This document shows, piece by piece, positions 27,467-33,976 of a stretch of DNA of 35,093 nt. Every line of letters begins with the position of its first letter. Position 1 is the first letter of the stretch. A program made the translations under genes and the position numbers. Origin of the DNA: a virus (lineage: Duplodnaviria > Caudoviricetes); the IMG/VR virus record IMGVR_UViG_3300025018_000340, positions 1 to 35,093 of that record; one strand, given 5' to 3'. The notes below the pieces were generated by a model. It searched no databases. It was not told where the DNA came from and worked only from the letters and a program-made list of their open reading frames with translations.

Positions 27467-27895
27467 ATGAATCCAAACGAAGAAGTCGCAGGCACGCCCA
27501 CTCCATACGCGGAGCGTACCGTAAAGGAGCTACAGGAAATCCTGAAGGACCGAGAGCTGCCAACAGGTGGTAACAAGGACGAGATCATCGCGAGGCTCGA
27601 GTCGAGCAACACAGACCGTGAGGAAGCCGCAGGACAGAGGCTCAAGGAAACAAGCGTGACATCGCCAGAGCTCGTTAACCAGATCGAGGGAACCTCCGGA
27701 GAAACCGAAGCAGATGAGACCGTCTCGCTCAAGCAACTCCGGCTCCTGAAGAGCAAGATCCTGAAGCGTCGTGCATTGGCGATCGGAGCAGCCAAGTCTG
27801 CCGAACGCGGCCGACTGACCAACTCGCTCGATTCGATCGACTGGGCCATCAACTACCTGCAAGAGGCCCTGAAGCTCCTAGCGAAACTTGACTAG
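27467..27895 (+). CDS. SAP-domain protein
   Basis: 'YAERTVKELQEILKDRELPTGGNKDEIIARL' matches the SAP consensus. Confidence 0.8.
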   Translation: MNPNEEVAGTPTPYAERTVKELQEILKDRELPTGGNKDEIIARLESSNTDREEAAGQRLKETSVTSPELVNQIEGTSGETEADETVSLKQLRLLKSKILKRRALAIGAAKSAERGRLTNSLDSIDWAINYLQEALKLLAKLD

Positions 27896-27917
27896 GATCC
27901 AGTCCCGGGAGTACACT
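27888..27917 (+). promoter_or_regulatory. Putative sigma70 promoter for the structured-RNA/HNH unit
   Basis: TTGACT-N18-TACACT; an alternative extended -10 TG-G-TAGTAT lies at 27959-27967. Confidence 0.45.
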
Positions 27918-28011
27918 CCGGCTCGACTGATTTACTGACTGGCAAAAGGACTAAATTGTGGTAGTATTCGCACCGACGTATCAAAGGCACTTGTCCTGCC
28001 TCCAGTCGCGT

Positions 28012-28064
28012 CACACGACCCCCGGATCAAACAAGCGTCACACCTTGTCCGGGGGTTTTGTGTG
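28012..28064 (+). terminator. Terminator/attenuator-like hairpin
   Basis: CCCCCGG 28019-25/CCGGGGG 28049-55 followed by TTTT; inner ACAAG/CTTGT; outer CACAC/GTGTG. Confidence 0.65.
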
Positions 28065-28359
28065 TTCAGTCTCCAGTAAGAGACAAGCTAAGTGAGGTCT
28101 GGATTATCAAAACAGGAGCCTCAGACTCATCAGAAACAACCCGGACTTTATACGGCTGATTGATGATGTCAAAGGGAAGCCTAGCGGTGAGAGTAAATGG
28201 TGTAACGCTAGGACTAGACGCCCTCAAAACCCTCGGATAGGCCCGTTGGCCGAATCCGTGTGAGAGAACACCAATGCGATCCCTTTCCTGAAAAGCAAAG
28301 ATCGCACTCTGCTAGACAAGGGCTATCTGTGTCCACGAACATTACCGGCTGGGGGCCGA
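28065..28359 (+). ncRNA. Candidate multi-stem structured RNA (or structured origin) upstream of the HNH gene
   Basis: At least six local inverted repeats plus long-range GCCCT/AGGGC pairing; no credible + strand ORF. Confidence 0.5.
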
Positions 28360-28821
28360 ATGAGCTACACCGAGTATCTAAAATCAAAAGAGTGGTATAA
28401 AAAAAGAGAGGCAATCTGCAGGCTATGTGGCCAATTGAGGAATCTGAACGTGCACCATGTGAGCTACGAGAACATACACACGCCAGCAGAAATGAACGAT
28501 CTGATAGTTTTATGCAAAGAGTGCCATGACAGGATACACACGATGCCACTGGAAGAAAGCGAGGCATTAATGACATTTAACCTGACAGACCTAATGCAAG
28601 CCAAGGCCAATGCAGAGCATCGATACGGGATAACACCGACGGGATCCAAGCCCATGCCATTTGAGCACATTCTCGCCTACACGGCGCTGAGCAATCGGAT
28701 CAACAAACTAAAAAAGGAACAAGGCCAGATGCTTCTACTTTTAACGGAACGATCGACCCACACGACATCGAGATCGAGCTGGAAAAAATTCGGGCAGAAC
28801 GAGCAGAGAATCAACGGATGA
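28360..28821 (+). CDS. HNH endonuclease (possible -1 frameshift isoform ending at 28862)
   Basis: 'YTEYLKSKEW', CRLC, 'VHHVSY', 'LIVLCKECHDRIH'. Confidence 0.85.
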   Translation: MSYTEYLKSKEWYKKREAICRLCGQLRNLNVHHVSYENIHTPAEMNDLIVLCKECHDRIHTMPLEESEALMTFNLTDLMQAKANAEHRYGITPTGSKPMPFEHILAYTALSNRINKLKKEQGQMLLLLTERSTHTTSRSSWKKFGQNEQRING

Positions 28822-28858
28822 CTGGAAGCCCAACATTCAATATCAACAGAACAGGGGA

Positions 28859-29308
28859 ATGAACAAGCAACAGGAATGGAACAAGATCCGAAAACACCTA
28901 GTAGAGCTCTTCCAAGGACTCCGCATCACCGAGTGCGAGATCCGGCTAGATGGATGCAAACACAAACATGGACTGACGTTCGCTCACCGACACAAACGCC
29001 GCGAATACAACCTAGACCCGGACCGACTCGGCAGCATATACGAAGTAGTACTAGCCTGCACGAGCTGCCACCAGATCATCGAACAAGACGCCCAGCTTAC
29101 ACAATCCATATTCGAGGCACTACGACCCATGGCCACCAAGCAACGAACGTCAGAGAAAAAAGAGATAGCACAGTACCGGGCAACACAGAAGCGGAACGCA
29201 TCAAAGGAAAGCAGCAAACCAGTCTGGATGAGACTGCACGAATGCGCCAAGTGCCATCGGCCAACCTCGATATTGATGTGCCAGCATTGCGGCAAGCAAA
29301 GCATCTGA
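28859..29308 (+). CDS. HNH-like Zn nuclease (DUF1364/NinG-like) with C-terminal zinc ribbon
   Basis: 'CEIRLDGC...AHRHKR...ACTSCHQIIE'; terminal CAKC...CQHC. Confidence 0.7.
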   Translation: MNKQQEWNKIRKHLVELFQGLRITECEIRLDGCKHKHGLTFAHRHKRREYNLDPDRLGSIYEVVLACTSCHQIIEQDAQLTQSIFEALRPMATKQRTSEKKEIAQYRATQKRNASKESSKPVWMRLHECAKCHRPTSILMCQHCGKQSI

Positions 29309-29351
29309 TATACTCGGGCTGCTTTTTTCTTCCCTTCACTGGGATGAAGCA

Positions 29352-29391
29352 CCAGAAGCTCCGGATCTCGCCCCGGGGCTTTTGGCATTTT
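29352..29391 (+). terminator. Intrinsic terminator-like hairpin closing the HNH unit
   Basis: CCAGAAGCTCCGG/CCGGGGCTTTTGG 13-bp stem (with G-U pairs), then CATTTT. Confidence 0.65.
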
Positions 29392-29429
29392 AAGGGGGCA
29401 AGCTTAAATAAAGAAACCCATGTGCTAGG

Positions 29430-29459
29430 CTTGATAATGGTATCAAGTGGGTATACACT
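29430..29459 (+). promoter_or_regulatory. Sigma70 early promoter with overlapping palindromic operator
   Basis: TTGATA-N17-TACACT; CTTGATA-atgg-TATCAAG inverted repeat covers the -35; A-rich upstream element. Confidence 0.7.
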
Positions 29460-29553
29460 GCAGGCGACTAATCAAATAACACAGGAGAAGAAAAAAGCAC
29501 CCGGAGCGCCCCGGTAAAGCGGCGCAGGATTATCCATTAGCAAGGCGAGAAAC

Positions 29554-30066
29554 ATGGTAAGAGAGACATCAAACAGGCTGAACGAATCACGGCAACGAGA
29601 CGCGCTTCGGATGGGTGACGAGATCACAGCGATCCCCGGAGTCGAGAACGAACCAGACACGATCGCGGCCCTTGAGCAGATAGACATCAAGTACATGACA
29701 GTCGGTGGTTTCATTAACCTGAAAGGAATCATGCGAGGGAAAAAAGAGCTGGAGAAAAAAGAAGAAACCACACCAGAGCCGCAGAAGCCAGCCGAAACCG
29801 TACAGACCAAGGGAGACAAATGGGACCACCTCTGCGAACACGACATCGACAGCCGGACAACCGTGATGATCATGGTGAAGAACGGCAAGCCAGACCACCT
29901 CGTTCTGAACCTACGCTGGGGGGAACGCGGTAACCCGGAAGGCGACAAGCTGACGACCTGCAGAATCAACGAGCAGCAGCTGGAAGTGTTGTCTGCAATC
30001 TTCCACAAGCTGAACGCACAACACCAAGCCATGACATACAGGAGTGAATATGGCAACCCTGAATAA
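29554..30066 (+). CDS. Hypothetical early protein
   Basis: First ORF after the promoter; typical codon usage. Confidence 0.7.
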   Translation: MVRETSNRLNESRQRDALRMGDEITAIPGVENEPDTIAALEQIDIKYMTVGGFINLKGIMRGKKELEKKEETTPEPQKPAETVQTKGDKWDHLCEHDIDSRTTVMIMVKNGKPDHLVLNLRWGERGNPEGDKLTTCRINEQQLEVLSAIFHKLNAQHQAMTYRSEYGNPE

Positions 30067-30421
30067 CAGACGCACCGTCCACATCCGAGTAGTCGACCGG
30101 GGGAACCGCACACTGTTCAAGGTAAACTACGAGGGACTATTCACCGAGGACGACCTAGACATCTGGAGGAACAGCGCCAAGCCGCTGTTCCTCGACACCA
30201 AGAACCTCATCTGGAAGAAGGCCAACAGCCAAGACTTCGTGGACCGCAACGTAGAGATCTACCTGCGGTACTGCTACGCAGCAGTGAACAGCCTATACAT
30301 CAGCAGGAAGCGACCAGCCACGTCCAAGGAACTGGCATACGACTACAAGGTCGACGTCAGCCGCATCAGCAGGATCGTAGAGGACGTAGCCCGGAGGGAA
30401 ACATGGAAGACGACAGAGTGA
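30050..30421 (+). CDS. HTH DNA-binding protein
   Basis: C-terminal 'TSKELAYDYKVDVSRISRIV' HTH; AGGAG SD before ATG 30050. Confidence 0.7.
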   Translation: MATLNNRRTVHIRVVDRGNRTLFKVNYEGLFTEDDLDIWRNSAKPLFLDTKNLIWKKANSQDFVDRNVEIYLRYCYAAVNSLYISRKRPATSKELAYDYKVDVSRISRIVEDVARRETWKTTE

Positions 30422-31260
30422 TCAACGCGGTAACCGGGGAGATCATGGAGGCCAACACAGACATCATCGTCGCCCCGGCATCCAGCCCGGCCGAGTACAT
30501 AAAGAACCTCGCGATCTTCAACGAGTTCGTGGGGACCTGCCTGAAGAAGGGAAAGCACTACGGAAGCATCCCCGGAGCCAAAGGCCAGATGCTATACCAG
30601 AGCGGAGCCGAGATCATCGGGAAGTATTTTGCCATCGGATCCACACAAAGACTCGTAGAGAAGACCGAGGACTTCGAGCGCGGATTCTTCGCATACACGT
30701 ATGAGTCCACCGGGATCCACATCCCAACACAGATGAAGCTGGGAAGCGTCCAGAGAAGCTGCAACAGCTTCGAAACGAAGTACCTGTACGCATGGGTACC
30801 GGAGAAGTGGGCAACACCAGAGCAGATCGCCCGGAAGGTCGACAGAAAAGAAAACCAAAAGTACAAGGGATCCTTCGACCTGAAGATTATGAAACTGCCA
30901 CACGAGCTGGCTGGGATCATCAACACGCTGATGAGCATGGCCCAGAAACGCGCACACACAGCGATGGTGCGTCAGGTGACAGCCGCGTCGGAGTTCTTCC
31001 AAGACGAAGCAGACGAGGCCCCACCCGGCAAGGACGGCGACACCAGCAAGGCAAGCAACCCACAGCGCGCAGCAATCAACGCGGCCATCTTTATCATGGT
31101 TGGACAGCTCGGCAGGACACCCGAGGAATACAAGCAGCACGTGTACCAGACGTATCAAGTGAAGTCCATGAACGACCTGACCATCGACCAGCTCCAACAG
31201 CAGAGCACGATGCTGCAGAAAGCAGTGATCGACGACAAAGCAGCCAAGGAGTCGAAATGA
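30403..31260 (+). CDS. Putative single-strand annealing protein (Rad52/Red-beta superfamily-like)
   Basis: 'VINAVTGEI', 'HYGSIPG...GAE', 'SCNSFETKY', 'NTLMSMAQKRA' motifs recur in phage recombination modules; function inferred. Confidence 0.5.
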   Translation: MEDDRVINAVTGEIMEANTDIIVAPASSPAEYIKNLAIFNEFVGTCLKKGKHYGSIPGAKGQMLYQSGAEIIGKYFAIGSTQRLVEKTEDFERGFFAYTYESTGIHIPTQMKLGSVQRSCNSFETKYLYAWVPEKWATPEQIARKVDRKENQKYKGSFDLKIMKLPHELAGIINTLMSMAQKRAHTAMVRQVTAASEFFQDEADEAPPGKDGDTSKASNPQRAAINAAIFIMVGQLGRTPEEYKQHVYQTYQVKSMNDLTIDQLQQQSTMLQKAVIDDKAAKESK

Positions 31261-31463
31261 AACACCTGACCTTTAAACCGTACCTCGTCCCGGAAGATGC
31301 CCCGGAAGCGATCAGCTACATGAGAGGAAAGCACGTGGAGCTCGAGCTCAGCGAGAGATTGTTCTACTTTAACGGACACAAGCAGCCCGGCATGACCGGG
31401 GGAATCCTAAAGTACCTACTAAAGCGCGGGAGTTTAATTCCAATCAAGGAAACAACGAAATGA
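31257..31463 (+). CDS. Hypothetical protein
   Basis: AAGGAG SD; ATGA overlaps at both ends. Confidence 0.7.
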   Translation: MKHLTFKPYLVPEDAPEAISYMRGKHVELELSERLFYFNGHKQPGMTGGILKYLLKRGSLIPIKETTK

Positions 31464-31651
31464 TATCAGTTCTAATAGAACTGACCCGGGGATTCACGAA
31501 GCAACAGATAGCATTTGACGACACCAAGGTGGAAGCGATGATACCGTGTGCAGACGGAAGCGTAGTGATAACTATGAGCATCAGCAGAGGAAAGCGCCCC
31601 CCATTATTTTTTGACCTCGACTGGGATGAGATCCCGGAAGGAATATTCTAA
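31460..31651 (+). CDS. Hypothetical protein
   Basis: Translationally coupled small ORF. Confidence 0.65.
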   Translation: MISVLIELTRGFTKQQIAFDDTKVEAMIPCADGSVVITMSISRGKRPPLFFDLDWDEIPEGIF

Positions 31652-31872
31652 TGGACAGACGCAAAACACGTATCAGAAAAGACCTGTGCGATGGCTTCGG
31701 GATCCGGAAGCGTGGATGGTTTGTACCGCTCCAGCTTTCGGACATCGACCGGCCAGTATCCCGCACCCACGATTGGTGCTATGTTATCGCACACAAGGTG
31801 CAGATGGCAGGCGTCATTCGTTCAGACGTTTATACAATCACACTTCACAAGAGAGGCTACGATGAAACCTGA
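31651..31872 (+). CDS. Hypothetical protein
   Basis: TAATG overlap with upstream gene. Confidence 0.6.
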   Translation: MDRRKTRIRKDLCDGFGIRKRGWFVPLQLSDIDRPVSRTHDWCYVIAHKVQMAGVIRSDVYTITLHKRGYDET

Positions 31873-32524
31873 ACGCGCCCAGCAAGACACGGCCGAGTCA
31901 TTCATGGAATGGATGGCCGCCAAGCCAGCTCACACAAAAATAATCCCACCGGATCCGGAGTGCCGGAAGTGTGGGAACAAATTCAAGGCAGGCCAAGGAG
32001 AGCCAAGCAAGAGCGGAGCACACGACGTGTTCTGCTCTGTTGAGTGTCAAGAGAAAGCCGAGAACCCGGTCTGCTTTCAGTGCGGGAAACAATTCACCCC
32101 GGGGACCGGAGTCGGCAGCAAGATATCCACGGACATCTTCTGCTCGACCGAATGCCAAGACGAATACCACCCCCAATATCTGTCGGAGGAATACTACCGG
32201 GCCAAGGGCAAGATCCTGTCGGCAGGAGGATCCACAGAGGACCTCGTGAAACGCGCAGAGGAAATGGCAATCCGCGCAGCAAAGGAAGCCGAGACATACG
32301 TGCCGATCAGACTACGAAACGGGACCAACGTACACGTCGTACCCAACGAGCTGCTCCCTGCAGGCGTCTACGTGCCATTGCGCGCGGGGGACCGACCAAC
32401 ATGCTACAAGTGCCACAAGCCGGTTTGGATGGCACTCACAGCCAACAACAAGTGGATGCCAGTAGACGAGGCAGAAGACGGATCGTTTGAGACTCACTTC
32501 GCGACGTGCGGGAGGGAGGCATGA
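31862..32524 (+). CDS. Multi-zinc-finger protein
   Basis: Two CxxCG...FCSxEC treble-clef repeats and a C-terminal CYKC...HFATC domain; GAGG SD before ATG 31862. Confidence 0.75.
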   Translation: MKPERAQQDTAESFMEWMAAKPAHTKIIPPDPECRKCGNKFKAGQGEPSKSGAHDVFCSVECQEKAENPVCFQCGKQFTPGTGVGSKISTDIFCSTECQDEYHPQYLSEEYYRAKGKILSAGGSTEDLVKRAEEMAIRAAKEAETYVPIRLRNGTNVHVVPNELLPAGVYVPLRAGDRPTCYKCHKPVWMALTANNKWMPVDEAEDGSFETHFATCGREA

Positions 32525-32898
32525 TAGAGCAAGCCCTCTTAGACATGGATGACTACGGCGAGGTAATCAACGGAGAAAAAACCTACGAGATAATCGCCAA
32601 AACGATACTGAACGGGATCCCAACATTGATCGGATGGACGGACGGACGGGGGAGCCACCTCGATGTCATGTTCAACCTGCAGGCGATCGGATGGGGAACG
32701 CTGCAACGTGGAGTCAAGAGAACCGACCTATTAGTGGCAGTGATGAGTCGTGGCGCGTTTGGATTCGAGATGGACGACATAGATACACACCCGGGCTACT
32801 ACGGCGAGAAGCTGAACATGGGATCGAACCAAACGACAGATAAGCTGGCCGAGCTCATCAACGGAGTAAAGAAGTCGGTGCAGCATGTCCATGACTAA
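32521..32898 (+). CDS. Hypothetical protein
   Basis: GGAGG SD; ATGA overlap. Confidence 0.75.
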   Translation: MIEQALLDMDDYGEVINGEKTYEIIAKTILNGIPTLIGWTDGRGSHLDVMFNLQAIGWGTLQRGVKRTDLLVAVMSRGAFGFEMDDIDTHPGYYGEKLNMGSNQTTDKLAELINGVKKSVQHVHD

Positions 32899-33373
32899 AG
32901 CCCAAGCCGAAGCACTCGCCGGGAGGCCCGGCAACAAACCAAAGAGAAACGAGCGAGAGCACGAAAATCAAGTAGAGCTGTTTCGGCAGGCGCAGTTCAG
33001 CGTACAGAAGTACCCGGAGCTGAACCTGCTGATGGCAATCCCCAACGGAGGACATCGCAGCATGGCCGTCGCAGGGAAGCTTAAGGCCGAGGGCGTAAAG
33101 AAAGGATTCCCGGACATCTTCCTGCCGGTCCCCCGGGGAGGATGGCATGGACTCATGATCGAGATGAAGGTGGAACCAAACAAGCCATCACCAGAGCAGG
33201 TGCAATGGCTATGGGACCTAACCCGGAACGGATACCTCGCGGTCGTTTGCTACTCAACCAAGGACGCGTGGGGACTTCTCATTGCGTATATCACAGGCGA
33301 ATACTCGATCGTCCTAAACAGCCCAGACGGAAACCAGATGATCATAAGCCCAACAGGAAACAGACTAGAGTAG
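32891..33373 (+). CDS. VRR-NUC domain nuclease (Holliday-junction resolvase-like)
   Basis: 'AIPNGG', 'GVKKGFPDI', 'IEMK', 'SPEQVQW' PD-(D/E)xK motifs. Confidence 0.9.
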   Translation: MTKAQAEALAGRPGNKPKRNEREHENQVELFRQAQFSVQKYPELNLLMAIPNGGHRSMAVAGKLKAEGVKKGFPDIFLPVPRGGWHGLMIEMKVEPNKPSPEQVQWLWDLTRNGYLAVVCYSTKDAWGLLIAYITGEYSIVLNSPDGNQMIISPTGNRLE

Positions 33374-33398
33374 ATTCAGCCACACAAACGGAGAGCAC

Positions 33399-33731
33399 AT
33401 GAGCATTAAGACAACCCGGATTCATGATGCCGGGAAAGCGTGGGCGGAGGTCGATTTTTTTCTTAGGCTACACAGGCATCTACCGGACGAGATATGTGGA
33501 GGTGGAACTAAGGATGGTATGTACGCACCGTTCGCTAATTGCATCTACCGAAAAGACGGCCGGCCGATTAACCGCCAAAACGACTACGTGGAGAAGTTGA
33601 AGCTAAACGAAGACTTCATAAAAGCAGAAAAGGAAGTCGATGAAGCCGTCGCCAACGGGAAGGCTGTGTATCAAGGGGAGCTACTGACAGCGAAGGAAGC
33701 CGTACTGCTCACGATGAAGGAGGCAGGATGA
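33399..33731 (+). CDS. Hypothetical protein
   Basis: GGAG SD; 110 aa; locally T-richer sequence. Confidence 0.65.
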   Translation: MSIKTTRIHDAGKAWAEVDFFLRLHRHLPDEICGGGTKDGMYAPFANCIYRKDGRPINRQNDYVEKLKLNEDFIKAEKEVDEAVANGKAVYQGELLTAKEAVLLTMKEAG

Positions 33732-33976
33732 AATCCAAAGCAGACAAGCTAGAGGAAGGTTGGTTCGCGAAGGTATGGATCACGGAAGACGGCAGGAAGG
33801 GGGCAGCCTTCAAACAAGAGGAACATGGAAACATCATCATCAAAACCACAGCGCAAGACCTCGCCATCATTATCCAGCAGGAAGTAGAGGAAGCGCTCGA
33901 CGCTGTGGAAAAGACGCTAGACGGGATTAATGACGCAGCTGAATATTTATCCAAACTAAAAGAGGGAGACGAGTAG
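33728..33976 (+). CDS. Hypothetical protein
   Basis: AAGGAGG SD; ATGA overlap. Confidence 0.7.
   Translation: MKSKADKLEEGWFAKVWITEDGRKGAAFKQEEHGNIIIKTTAQDLAIIIQQEVEEALDAVEKTLDGINDAAEYLSKLKEGDE

Noticed and set aside
27030-27523. 16-nt direct repeat CGCGGAGCGTACCGTA in two adjacent genes
   Set aside because: One such match is not improbable in 35 kb of biased sequence, and there is no flanking similarity.
28060-28137. CTGATGAG on the minus strand suggesting a hammerhead ribozyme
   Set aside because: No correctly placed stem II-GAAA core follows.
28125-28170. CTGA/TGATGA box C/D-like motifs suggesting a TIGR array
   Set aside because: Single occurrence, no tandem repeat units, and no Nop-domain protein recognised.
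29530-29538. TTATCCATT as a DnaA box
   Set aside because: Only a 7/9 match and not clustered; insufficient to call an origin.
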